Shown here piece by piece: positions 39,325-52,640 of a DNA stretch of 64,000 nucleotides. The stretch covers positions 58,840,001 to 58,904,000 of the forward strand of contig NC_087436.1 of the NCBI RefSeq assembly GCF_036321535.1, read 5' to 3'. The position numbers and the translations under genes were made by a program. Positions within the stretch are counted from its first letter, which is position 1. Every line of letters starts with the position of its first letter. The notes below the pieces were generated by a model, which saw only the letters and a list, made by a program, of their open reading frames with translations, ran no database searches and was not told the DNA's origin. The stretch is from Camelus dromedarius. Lineage: Eukaryota.

Positions 39325-41275
39325 TGGACTAATCCTCCCAGAGATGTTAATTATAAATTATGAAGAGAAAATTTTTACAAAAGTATTTGAAAGTACTGAG
39401 GAGTTGCCAAAGTTCTTGAAAAACACTGATAAGCTAATCATTAAAAGGCAAAAGCTGAATAGATTTGTGTTTATATGTCAATTTTATATTTATATTTCAT
39501 TCATATAGCTTGAGACAAATCCTGTTTCTTGGGGAGCAAAGCAGGTGAATCTGAAGCATAAAATTTTAGTCTTTCTGGCCTGAGAAATCAGAGGGTAGAA
39601 TTCAGGCCACCCAGAGCAGCAACAATTTGAAGGGACATATCCTTTAAATAGAGACTCATGTTTAGGGAAGCCTCCCAAAATGTGTGTGAATTACAGAATG
39701 GTTTTGGATGACCCCAGAATTCCAAGATTCTAAGAATCTCAAAGTGAGGGACAGACAGAAGGTTAAGGGAACCAAGCAGAGATGTCAGTCTGCCCATGTG
39801 AGGGAGACAAGGTTTGGATGTTGTTTCAGCTAATTGTTGCTCCTAAAAAGAAGATAAATGAACAACAGTCCCTACAACATATCATCTGTAATGTCCATTA
39901 CAATTAAAATTAAATTACTTGAGATGAGTAGAAACAGGAAAATATCCAGAGCCAAAAGAAAAAGTAACTAATAGAAATGAACCCTGATATAACCTAGATG
40001 TTAGACTCAGCAGGCAAGGATTTTAAAGCAGCTATTATAAATATGTTCCTGGACTTAACATAAAATATTGTCATAATTATTATAAATAGATGCAATTGAA
40101 GCAGAGATATGAAAACTAAGAAAAAAGCAAAATATAGAATTCAAAAGTTGAAAAAATTCAATAGGTGGAATTAAAATCATTTTGTACACTGTATGTAGTA
40201 AATAGTGTAGTTGAAAATGTATCAATAGAAATTGTTCAATCTGAATATCAAGGAGAAAGAAGAATTTAAAAAAAGAGTGAAAACATCAGTGACAAGTGGG
40301 ACAATATCAAGGGATAATTGAAATTCAGAAGTTGAAAAAAAGAATAATTAAAAAAAAAATAGAGTAAATCATTACAAGATTTCCCCAAATATGGTAATAA
40401 ACACGAACTCACAGATTTAAGAAGCTCAAAAATCCTGAAATAGGATAAATTCAAAGAAAATGATACCTAGGCATATTATAGTTGAACTATTGAAAACCAA
40501 AGACAAGAAGAAAATCTTGAAAGCAGCACAGAAAAGTGATAGATTATACACATAGTGAAAATTAAAGCTGACTTCCCATCATAAACAATGGAGTCTAGGT
40601 GACAGTGGTAAAGCATTGTTAGAGAATAGGAAGAAGAAACTGCCAGTGCAGAAATCAACATATAGTAAACATATCATTCAAAAATTAAGGTAAAATAAAA
40701 GCATCAAATCAAAAGCTAAGAAAAAATTTTGAGAAGAACTGTGTTGCCAAAAAAAGCTAAAGGAAAAATGATCAGACTGGAATGAATAGTGATATAGTGG
40801 GGTCAGTAAATAAAGTTATAATGTTGCAAATTTCTATATTTTATTTGATACAGTACAATGCTAATCTTAAATCAACTGTGGTATATTAAAATATAAACAG
40901 TAATCACCAGAGCAAACATTTAAAATAATTCAAAGAAGTATAACTAAAAAGACAGTATAGAAAATAAAATATATTACTAAACCAATTTTATTAACACAAA
41001 AATAGGTAGGAAGGAAGTACTAGAGAAAATAATAGATGGGATTTCTAGGGGGGAAAAGCAAAATGGTAGAGTTGAATATAATCATTAAAAATTATACTGA
41101 AAATAAATGAACTGATACTCCAGTCGAATGCACATTTGTCAGACTGGTCGAAGTGCAAGATCAGAATATATTCTGTTTATAACTGATGAGCTTTAAATAT
41201 AAAGGTATAAATAGATTTAAAATAATTGAATGGAGATAAAAATTTTAGGTAGATACTAGTAATAAAACAGTTAGA
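39325..41275 (+). mobile_element. Old LINE-1 5' region, ORF1 and start of ORF2
   Basis: gatgttagactcagcaggcaaggattttaaagcagctattataaatatgttc; aagacaagaagaaaatcttgaaagcagc; aaatgaactgatactccagtc. Confidence 0.75.
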
Positions 41276-41339
41276 ATGTCTGGAAAGAAGAGGAGTGGAG
41301 AATGATCATAGTTCTAGGTCATGATGGTAAATGTATAGT

Positions 41340-43010
41340 CTTGCCCATTCTTTGTGAATGTAACCTGCTTCTGTTCCTCTTTTCTTAAGTCAGTTGGGGT
41401 AGAGGTGGAGCATTTGCCAAATCAACTGCTGCCTGTGCTCTGAGATCAAGGGGTTGCCACTGGCTGGCTTCCATGTTTGTGTGGACCTCCTGGCTGGGCT
41501 TTCCGTGGGGGGTGGTTATTGGGTGGTCTCCCTGATCAGGATGGGCCACTGACTGTACTGCTCAGTCAACTGGGGCCAGCAGGTGGGCTCTGCAGTCACC
41601 TCTGATCAGGCAGGGTCGCAGGCTGTAACCCCTTGCAGGGTGGTGACACTTGCTAGACTGCACGGTTGGACAGGGCTATGAGCTGGCCTCTGCAGTTGTT
41701 CCTGGTCAGGTGGGGTCTCAGGCTGTGCTGCCAGCAAGATGGTGTTATTGGCTGGACTCTGTTCAGGCAGGGCCACATGCTTTGTAGTTAAACAAGTCCT
41801 TAGATCATGCTCTGTGATCAGACAGGGATCCAGACTGTGCCCCAGATTTAAGTGGGGCTGTAGGGTGGGCTTCATGACCACGTAGGCCTCTGGCTGTGCT
41901 CCGCTGTTGGGCAACGTCGCTGGCTTGGCTCTTTGGTTGAGGGGTACCTCCAGATGCATCCTGCATTTGGGTGTGCTAGGGACTGTGCTCTGAGGTCAGG
42001 AGGGGTCGTTGTCCAGGCTTCTTTTTCAGGTGAGGCTGCAGGCTGTGCTCCACGACTTGGGGTATCACTGATTAGTCTCCCTTCCTGGGCGAGGCCATAA
42101 GCTATATTCAGACGTCTAGCAAAGCTAGACTCTGTTGTAAGCTGGTCTTTGTGGCTGGGCAGTGCCATAGTTTGCGTTATAAGGCTGTGCATGGTCACTG
42201 CTCAGACAACCTGGTTATGTGGGGCCAGAGGCTACCCATCACAGTGGGGCAGTGTTGCTGGCCTGGCTCCTTGCCAAGGGTGGCTGTAGAATGGGCTCTG
42301 TGGTGCCTGGATTCTCCAGTCAGGTATCATGGTTGGTGGGACTGGAGGCTACACTCTGCAGTTGGGCGTTGCTTCACATTTGCTCTCTGCCTGGATGGGA
42401 AGTAGAATGGGCCTCAGATGCAGTTGTGCTGTGGATCTGACTCAGGCAGAACTGCCAGTGAGCCCCCTGGCCAGGATGGGGCACAGGCTCTGCTCTGCAG
42501 ATGTGCAGAGCTACTTGCTGGGATCTCTGCTAAAGCACCACTGCAAGGAGGGATGCAGTCTGAGATCTGAACACTGACGGCTGTCAGTCCCATTCCCTTC
42601 TCCATCTCTCTCTGATCTTCGGAGTTCAAGCCCTGCAAAGTTCCCTAGTGGTCATGTGGGATGAGATCTGAGTGGACCTCCAGGGAAGCATCCTGTAGTG
42701 CTGGGGGAGCTGGAATTCAACCTTGGGCTTTCTTTTTCCCAGTGGAGAAACTGTAGGCCCAGAGAAACAAACCCTCTTGGTGTGGTGCTGTGCCAGCCTG
42801 GGGGAGGGCAATGCAGTCAGTGTAGCCACTTCTCTTACTCTCTAATGTGGTCCTTTTCCATCACTGTGGTCCAGGAGAGTGCTTCAGTCTCATTCCTGAG
42901 TTCTGGGATCTTCTCAATGGTGTCTTGTCTATGAGTAGTTGCTAACTGGTCTTTTATGAGGCAGATTGAAGTCAGGAATGATCTGTGTTGTCATTCTGAT
43001 AACTTTACCC
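41340..43010 (-). mobile_element. Isolated GC-rich LINE-1 5'UTR with degenerate monomer array
   Basis: 42680-42990 is homologous to the L1 5' end at 20500-20800; recurring ggctgtgct / tcagg motifs at 41400-42560. Confidence 0.7.
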
Positions 43011-43831
43011 AGAAACATATTATTTTCATGGAAGTAAACTGTACTTCCATGAAATACACCGAATTGCCATTTCACATAGAAATGAAAATTGTACTCACTA
43101 TCCATTGGAGGTTTAGAGCTTAACTTGTTAAAGCATCTTGATCAGCAAGTTTATATTTTTACTCTGTAGTAAATATTAGATGACTATGTGCCAAGTAATG
43201 TGTTGGCTAGTTAGAATATTCATTCTGGCCACCTACCATTTCTGCTCAGAGAGAGATTTTCATTTTTAAATTTAATCTATAAAGCTGTACGAAATATAAG
43301 TGAAATTTTGGAATTTACAAAAGTGACCCCATTCAGTCTGTCATATAAGGACACCGAAGTAACCATGCCAAATTAAGTTAGAATATTCTGTGTGTCTTTG
43401 AAACTTGTTTCTATTTATTCTTCATGTAGTTTAAGTTGGTCATGAGATTAGCTACCTCTCTGAATTGGCTTTCTTTTTAAGATGCAAGCCACACATACAT
43501 GCTAATATGTCTAAATGGTCCCTTTTTCTACTTTTCCTGATTTTTGATTCATGTGCAAAATTGTGAATCAGATCGAATCGCCTAAATGAATTCTCACACT
43601 CCCCCAAACTTCCTGTGTGTTTGCACCCTGTCTGTTTGAACGTTTATATTTAGAATTCTCAAACATGCTCAGGGAGTAAGAAATATACAACAGAAACATC
43701 TGTTCCTCTTGGCAAAACTATTTCATGCTTTTTCACTTTTGCAGGGTCAAGAAAAATACCTGGGGATTGTCTTCATATCCGAGGGGATTTACATTCCTTC
43801 TTTGTAATCTTAGCCTCACTGCAGTGATTAA

Positions 43832-43856
43832 ACACACACACACACACACACACACA
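43832..43856. repeat. (AC)n microsatellite
   Basis: Direct observation. Confidence 0.95.
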
Positions 43857-46299
43857 GATGAGATGGCAAAATGTACACAGTGGTGAGTTCGATAGAAACA
43901 ACTGTTCTCCTTTCTTCAATATATGATTTTTCCTTAGCGGTTTTGCCAGCTTATTAAAAGAGGAGAAGCCACCCTTTACCTACTCAGTCCATGTTTCTGC
44001 TGCCTCATCTCCACTCTCAGTCAGCCTACCTTTAGATTTTACAAGCATGAAATAGATGTTTTAAAAATAAAAGCAAATATTCCTTGACACCAGCTTATCT
44101 AGTTGCTCCCCAGCTATCTAAGGTCAAAACTGTAAAGCTTATTTATACCTTTTGGTCAGGCTGGAGGCTGAATTCACTTTTTAGAAATACAGTAAAGGTT
44201 ATAGCTGAATGTGGTGTGGTTCCTATTGGTTCTTGCCGGGCAAGGCCTCAAACAGACATTTCCCATTCTGAGTGGCCTTTGAGGGAGCTGCCTTAGGGAA
44301 AAGAGAAATGATAATTTTAACATCCCTCCTTCCTGTCTAATTCCCTCATCAAAATTTAAAACCTATCTAAGCCTGTGGGGCCAATTAACTTTTTTGAAGG
44401 CGAAGAATAGCCCCAAGACAAGATAAAGACTTTAATATTATTATTTATTTTATAATGACTATCTGTAACACGGTATTGTCTTTTGCTTGATAGAAATAAA
44501 ATTGTTGCCAACCATGCTGGGAAATCATAAAAGTCTTGCTAATGGGAAGTGACTTTAAAAGACAAGGGAGATGAATATTAAGTTAATTATGGTTTGAACA
44601 GGAACCTCAAATCACTAGATCTAAAACTGCCAGGTATAAGAACTATTAATCCAATATTTTTCTAAGATGTATGGTGTTAAACAACTATAAGAGGGTGTAC
44701 TAGAACCAACTTTGACTATCAGAGTGGAATGAGTCTGTCATGAAAAACATTTGTGCAAGGGGGAACATTTTTAGAATGTGCCTTACTATTAATGAAATTG
44801 AGATAACTTATGTAAAGTAGCTAATTTAAAATTTGCCACCTTGTAAGCATGCAGTAAATGGTAGGGATTTTTATTGGTTTGATGGCTACAATTCTCAGGT
44901 CATAAAGATTGTGATTTTTTTACAGTTAAATTTAATTTTAAGTTTGAGCCTCCATTCTACCGGGTACCAAATAATAAATTCAGCAAGTTACTCTTTACAT
45001 TAGTTCATGGGGTTGTTTCCTTTTGGGGCTTTATAAAGGCCAAGACCTATGTTTGGGAGGCAAGACGTGTCTAACAAAGGTCATGGTCATGTGTTTATGA
45101 TGATTTCTACCACGATGTCCTCGTTCGCTTCTGCTCGTTGATGGTGGGTCCACAGAGATCACTGCTTCATCTTGCCACGGAAGCTTTCCAAATCTACCAG
45201 ACTGAGATGCCATATTTGTCTGTTCCTGGCTGTAGAGGCAAACATTTTGTGGCTGCCTGGTCTACAGTGGGTACAAACAGGGATTATATCAAGTTGTCTC
45301 AGAACTGACTGCCTAGAGAGCCCCTGAAGATATTTCTGATGCTCTCACACAGGCTAGGATCAGGATAACTGATTCTGGATTTTTCCTAGTCCTAAGCTGA
45401 AAAAGGTTTAGTGAGTTCCCCAAACTAAAATCTGTCAGTAGGTCCCAGGATGTGTCCAGGGGAGACTGGTTTCCTTCTAGGGAAGCACCAGCATTTAAAC
45501 TCGTTTCATTTCTTTGTCTTTAACTTTTTTGGACCAACTTTATCTAGTCTCAGGGTGATAGTGGAAGTGAGGTAGTAGAAGGTACCAAAAAATTAGTTCT
45601 AGATGTTTGTTCAGTTTTCCAAATCACTATGGCGTAATTCTTATTTTCAAATCTTTTAGGATTTAGGATTTTGAAACTAAAAAGTTTTGGCTTTTGAAGT
45701 GGAAGGTATTTTCTTGCCGTTTTGCTGTGACTAAATTCATAAAGACTCAGGATGAATGCAAAAAGGTAAAAGCCAAATCAACACCTCAAAATATTACCCT
45801 GATGCATTTGTATCACACTTAATAATGGCTACCAATTTTTGGTTGCCAATCACCTGATAGTCAATGAATGAATACTTTAAAAAACAGTATTCTCATGTTT
45901 AAACAAAATTAAAAGTAGACTTTTTATCTTTAATTTTGCTCACAAAGTTATGTCAAAGATGTTATAGAACAAGTGAAAATCAACTTGATATTCTTCCAAA
46001 TTCCATTGTTGCCTTCTGACTTTATGTTTTAGATGTTCAAACGAATTGAGAAAACTACATGAGGTTTTAAGTTGGTCAGGTGTCTTCTTGTGAACTAGGA
46101 AGATACCTACCATGGAAATTTGTGGGAATTTAAATAAGTAGAGATGTAAAAATGTAATATGTTCTCATTTTAATGCATCATGACCAAAGTCAGTTACAGA
46201 TAGTAAAATATGTAAATTTTCTTATAAAGAGTTTTCTTCCTTGAGGGCTATATTTAAATTTTATTTTAAAACTAGCCAATATGTGATCAGGTATATTTG

Positions 46300-46650
46300 A
46301 TACATTCAACTCCTCATAGGGTTTTTAATACTATCTCAGTAAGTCTAAGGAAAATACCAAATATCTTAATCTGGTTTACAAGGCTCTCCATGATCTTCTC
46401 CAGCCTCACTCGTTACTTCTCTTACTTCCACCCACCAGCCTTGACAAACACACTAGATACGGAGCTTCTTTAATTTCCCAAACTTGTTATCACTCCTGAG
46501 TCCTAGAACCTGCTGTTTTCTCTACCTGGAATATTTTTTTCTGTTTTATTTTGCCTCCTTACAAAAATCTACCCATGACCTCCTCACCTAACTATTTCAA
46601 CTAATATTCATGTTACCACTTAGATGTCCTTTCCCCCTAGGAAGCCTTCT
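46300..46650 (+). mobile_element. L2 fragment
   Basis: ccaaatatcttaatctggtttacaaggctctccatgatct..tgctgttttctctacctggaat..cctaggaagccttct. Confidence 0.7.
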
Positions 46651-46669
46651 AATTAGTAGTAGAATAGTG

Positions 46670-48010
46670 ATACTACGTCACTGGTTTTTAGTATATCCAG
46701 AGTCTTGCAACCATCACCAAAATACATTTTAAAACATTTTCATTACCATAAAAGAAACCCCATACCCTTTAGTTTTTAGCCCCTAATCATCACTGACTCT
46801 AGGCAATCCCAGTTTACTTTTTGTTCCGCAGATGTCCTATTCAGGAAATTTCACATAAATTAAATTACATAAAAAGTAATCTTTTGTGACTGACTTTTTA
46901 GAGTAAAGTTTTCAAGGTTTAGTTACATTATATAGCATGCTTCAATATTCAATTTTTTTATGGCTGAATAATATTCCATAGCATGGATATACTGCATTTT
47001 GTTGATCCTTACATCCCATTGATGAACATTTAGGTTGTTTCCTATTTTTGGCTATTATGAATAATGTTGCTATGAAAATTAATATACAAGGTTTTAAAAA
47101 TGTATGTTTTCATTTCTCACTCTAACTATATACCTGGGAGTGGAATTGTTAGATCATGTGGTAGCCCGATAGTTAACATTTTGAGGACCTACCAAACTGC
47201 TTTCCAAATTGATTGCATCATTTTATAATACCACCAGCTGTATGAGTTCCTATTTTTCCATATTCTCATCAACACTTGTTATTGTCTGTCCTTTTTGTTT
47301 AGCCATCTTAGTGGGTGTGAAGAGGTATCTCTTTGTGGTTTCGACTTGCATTCCCTTGGTAGCTAATGATGTTGAGCATCTTTTCATGTCTTATTGGCTA
47401 GTGGCACATCTTCTTTGGAGATATATCTATTCAAATCCCTTGCCCATATTTTAATTGGATTATCTATCTTTTTATTTTTGGGTTGTAAGTGTGTTTTATA
47501 TATTCTGGATATATGACCCTTATCAGATGTGTAATTTATTTGGACATAACTATATTTCTTTTATCCATTCATCAGATGATAGACATTTGGGTTATTTATA
47601 TATTTTGGCCATTATGAATAATGCTGCTATAAACATTTATATACAAATTTTTGAGAGAAATATATTTTAATTTCTCTTGGGTATGTATATACCTTGGTGT
47701 GGACTTGCTGGGTCAAATGGTAACACTATGTTTAACATTTTGTGGAACTACCAGGATATTTTCCAAGTGGCTGTGGCATTTTACATTCTTACCAGCAGTG
47801 AGTGAAGATTCTTATTTTCCCATATTCTTATCAACACTTGTTACTGTGTTTTTGACTATAGCTATCCTTATGTGTGTGAATTAATATCTCATTGTGGTTT
47901 TGATTAGAACTTCTCTGATGGCAAATGATGCTGAACATCTTGTCATGTGTTTATTGGCTATTAGTATATCTTTTGGACAAATAGCTATTTATATAGCATT
48001 CACTTTTTAA
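46670..48010 (-). mobile_element. Two overlapping-homologous LINE-1 3' segments (L1MB/MC-like)
   Basis: Segment gatgaacatttaggttg..ttggctattatgaataatg..tcaacacttgtta..aatgatgttgagcatct occurs at ~47020-47530 and again, diverged, at ~47575-48010. Confidence 0.85.
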
Positions 48011-48109
48011 ATAGTCTGCCTTTCAAAAATGAGTGAAACCTCTTTTTTTATTTTAGATTTAGTACCTCAGACCACAAATGGGCAGTCAAGAGTTGTTCGT
48101 AACTTTAAC

Positions 48110-49470
48110 AAAATCATAATCAAAATCCATTTAGGCCTTTTTTCATAGAACTTGACAAGCTAATTCTAAAATTCATGTGGAAATGCAAAAGAATCCAAAA
48201 TAGCAAAAGCAGTTTTGAAAGAGAAGAACAAATTTGTTGGACTAAAATTTCCTGATTTCAACATTTATTATATTGATGCAGTCACTGAGAAACTTGTATT
48301 GACTAAAATATACATAAATATATCAATGGAAAATAATGGGGTGTCTAGAAATAGACCTACACATATACGGACTACTAATTTTTGACAAAAGTACAGAGAC
48401 AGTTTAGTGAGGAAAAGATAGACTTTTCAACAAATAGTGCTGGGGCAATTGGGTATCCACCCCTTTTCCATACTTTATACTTTGCAATAAATACAAAAAT
48501 TAACTCGAAATGTAACATTGATCCAAATGTAAAACCTAAAACTGTAAGGCATCATGAAGAAAACATAGGTCAAAATATTTGTGGTCTTGCTTTAGGTAAA
48601 AATTTCTTAGAAATGATGCTAAAAGCATGATGTAAAGAGAAAAATCATTAAATTTGACTTCACCAAAATTAAAAAAAACCTCTGCTCTTTGAAAGACCTA
48701 TTAAAGGAAATGAAAACGTTAAGCCATAGATGGAGACAAAATGTTTAGAAGTCATGTAATACCTAACTGACTTCTATCATACAGTAATATTTAAGGAACT
48801 CTCCAAATGTAATAAGAAGACACAACCTAAAATTTTTAAATGGTGCTAATTTGAATGGACACTTTACTTAAGGAGTCCTTGAAATGTTACTCTGCATCAT
48901 CATTTAGGTAAATGAAAATTCATATCACACTGACATACAACTAAAAACCTAACAGAATGGATAAATTTAAGAAGAGTGGATATGTCAAGTGTTGATAAAA
49001 CCATGGAACATCCAGAAATTTCATACACTGCTTATGGAAATGTAAAATGGTACAACCACTTTGGAAAACAGATGGCAGTTAAATTTTAAAAAGTTAAAAA
49101 GCAGTTAACTTTTACTAAAGTTAAACATACTGCTACCATAATCGTCAGCTATTCCACTCCTAAGTATTTACTTGAGAGGCAGGAAAGCATATGTCCAAAG
49201 ACATGTATATGAACATTCACAGCAGCTTTATTTGTAATGGTTCAAAACTGGGAAAGCCCAAATGTTCATAAACAGGTGAATAGATAAACAAATTGTGATA
49301 TACTCATGCATTTGGTTTCCAATCAGCAAAAAGACAAACTACTGATAGATACCCAAACAAAATAGATACATAATCTCAAAATACTTACACTAAGTGACAG
49401 CACCCAGGCCAAAAAATACATCTGTATGATTCCATTTATATAAATTATCTTAAATGCAAACTGAGTTTTT
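48110..49470 (+). mobile_element. LINE-1 ORF2 3' part and 3'UTR (L1MC/MD-like)
   Basis: tagaacttgacaagctaattctaaaattcatgtggaaatgcaaa..aatgtaaaatggtacaaccactttggaaaacag. Confidence 0.88.
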
Positions 49471-52400
49471 AGAGAGAGAGAAAGGATGGCATATAATATT
49501 TGCTCAAGTGTTGGTAGCTATTTAGTACTTCTTCCCTCCAAAGTCTTAACTATATAACCACATGCATCTGAATAACTAAAGATACAATTAAGACTTAAGA
49601 ATTTATATAGCCAATATCATCAAAGTCTTCAAAATCTAGTCATTGGGCAATTTTTTTTCAAAAATTGTTTTTTAACTCAATAGTTTTTGGATGGTGTCAC
49701 CCCAGAGCATTTCCCAAGTTTTTACAGCTCTATGACATGTCTCCTAAAGTTTCTGGCAAGTTCTTCTGAGCAGTAGATAAATGGAAAGGACAATAAGGAA
49801 GACCATATTGAAGCATTAAAATTATGGAGCAGGAGTCTGAGCTCTTTGAAGGTTTAAAACAGGTGGGGAAAAGAATGAAAATACACTCATAAATACATTC
49901 TCCTGTCAAAAGCAGTCAGTCAGTCAAAAAGTACGCATGAAAGCCTGTGTGATTTCTAGTACTCTTAGCATCTGCTGATGCTACTGGTTGAAACAGGCAG
50001 GCATTGTTATTTCCATAATAATGATTATTGAACGTGGGCATGACCATAAGGTAAGGTATTGGATCAATGAACAGATACACACAGGAGATGTATTTTAAAG
50101 ATCATTTCTCTGTAACATACAACCAATTTATAGGCATTAAATTGCAAAGAACTTGTTCTGCGTCCAGTAATACTCAGCACGTAAAACATCAGAAACAACA
50201 TATGGTTGTCAAGAGCAGCCATTTAAAGTAGCAGGAAGTGAATGAATGAGAGATCTATTTGCTTTTTATGCGTATAGTAATGGTTACATATTTGTCATAC
50301 TTTTCGCCAAATTTAATGGTGCCCTACTTAGACCTTAGTCTTTTTATATTTTGTGCCATGAGTGTTAGAAGCACATTCTTAATATTGACTCTTAGAGAAA
50401 TAGCAAAATAGAAAGTACAAAAATTGAGCAACTAACAAAGAGAACATGAACATTAAAAGGTTCCTACAATAGGGAAAAAACACATACAAAGGTACAAACG
50501 TTCCCGTAATTAAGCAATAAACAATAAATAATAAAGAATTCTTAAGAGTTTATTTGTCTCAATAACAGTGATTTCTCCATCTGGGAATTTCATACAAAGG
50601 AGACAAGGAAAAATACCTTTAGTGCATTAAAAGCGATATTATGTAAGCATTTTTTAAGACCAGAAGAGCTATTTACATCTGGCCACTTAAGCATTATCTG
50701 TTCTTGCCACAGATTCACACTGTGCTTTTTATGAGGCTGATTGTGTACTGGAGACTCTATAATGTGCCTGTTTCTTCCTCCATCCCTCTAATCCTTTCTC
50801 CATGGTTTAACAATATGGCCTTTCTTTCATAATCAGACTGTGTGCCTTGCTCTCTATCTTCTTTCTAAAGCCTCTGACTTTTCCCTCTCTGCTCTGAATT
50901 CCTATTTCTTTTACTTGTATAAGACATTTTAATACACACTTTATCATTTTGACCCCCCTCCCCCAATTTTATATACTAGTCTTGTCTTCCCTAAATTTAT
51001 AAACATTATGAGGACACAGGCTTTGGATATATTCATTCTTGCTTTTCCCAGTAGTAGCTTGTTTAACAGCTAAAGGAGCCATTAGGTGCAGATAAGAGAA
51101 TATATAGGAAAAAGATCTGTGTTCTTCTACAATAATGTCGATGGGATGAGTAGAACTTTCAATTTCATCTTTTTAAAAATTCCTATTCTGGACCTTATCC
51201 TTGAGAATATTATCCTCATAGAGGACTAAAACAGGTATCTCAAGTTTGAGATATAACCAAAAATATCCCTAAGCCTTAGACAAGCTTATGGAAATTATGA
51301 AGATACAAAATACTGCAATTTCAAAGCAATAAGCAGGTTTTCTGTGCAATAATGTGCAAATTTAGGATATGTATTTGAAAGTACATGGTTCCTTTGTTCT
51401 AGCTCCACCAAAAATCTAAATACTGGGTATTGTAAACATAAAGTTGAACCATAACCCATAACAAGCAATAGGGTTCTACAGAAACTTTCAGTCTTTGGAA
51501 GCTAGTTTTTTGTAAAATAATGTGAATATTGCTTGTATTATAAGTGGAATTTTACTCCTTCATAATCCTTCTTTAGAATTCCAGCTTTTAATATTTTTTT
51601 TGTTAATAAACATATATATATTTATTATGGAGAACTACAATTAGGTACATAGTACATCATGACACAGGACACTAATTAATGCATATCTTCACGAGGACAT
51701 ATCTTTATATACATTTTTTAGAGATTTTGCAAAACAAAGTTTTCTCACAAATTGAACACTGATGTGTTCTTTTCTTTTTTGATCTATACTGCTTATAATG
51801 TGACAAAATAATATCCATTTAGATGACATGGAAAGGGATAGAAATTAAGTATAATGGAAAACATATCTCTTATCTTGAAATATACCACAAGTCAAAACAC
51901 ACATTTAGTCTCTAGTGCTTAAAACAACATATTCTTTACAAATAATAGGGAAAAGAGAATAGTTTGAGGAAATAACTTCTTTCCAAAGAGAAATTATGTG
52001 TTAGAAACCTAGAGATTGTATCAATCTAAGAGTGGAAAACTGTGTTTTTATTATGAAATCTTCACAGAATAAATTTCTTATCACCATACTAATACATGCA
52101 TATTTAGGATGGTAATATGAAATATTATAAAACAGCTTTTGTAAAAGAAATGTGTGATGAGGTCTCTATATTTTATGCTTATCTACTTTAAATGTAATTT
52201 GCTCCAAATAATTAAAAGGTTTTTCAAATTTCCTTCATTGCTTATTTTCATACAACAACTGTAAACAAAAGACTGGTATAACTGTGTTGATTGACCACAA
52301 ATTGTATTGCCATTGATGATGCAATTTTCTGAAATAATGAAAAAAACAACAAATTCCAAGAACAATTAAATCTTATATTGATTTATATTATATTTACGCT

Positions 52401-52489
52401 CCTGAAAATTACAGCTCATAAATCCATCAAAAATGTGTGAAACACAGTATTAAGGTCAGGAAATTATTTTCTAGGATGGTTGATTGTTA

Positions 52490-52640
52490 TACAGGCCAGG
52501 AAACAATTCTTTGTAGTTGGGTAGTGTCCCACACGTTGCTTAACTTCTCGCATCTTAGGCCCCCAATAATTAAATGACATTGGTCCCCCTCATTGTTGTG
52601 AAATTATTTTAAAAAGCTGGAAATTTCTCAGAATATCTCT
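52490..52640. mobile_element. MER20-like hAT remnant
   Basis: acaattctttgtagttgggtagtgtcccacacgttgc..gcatcttaggcccc..taaatgacattgg. Confidence 0.45.

Noticed and set aside
41400..42560. Repeat-spacer look suggesting a CRISPR-like array
   Set aside because: The motifs are short and highly degenerate, contiguous with an L1 5' end, and there are no cas genes in this mammalian context
41606..42934. Cluster of overlapping ORFs on both strands
   Set aside because: A GC-rich L1 5'UTR has few stop codons, and no protein is recognisable
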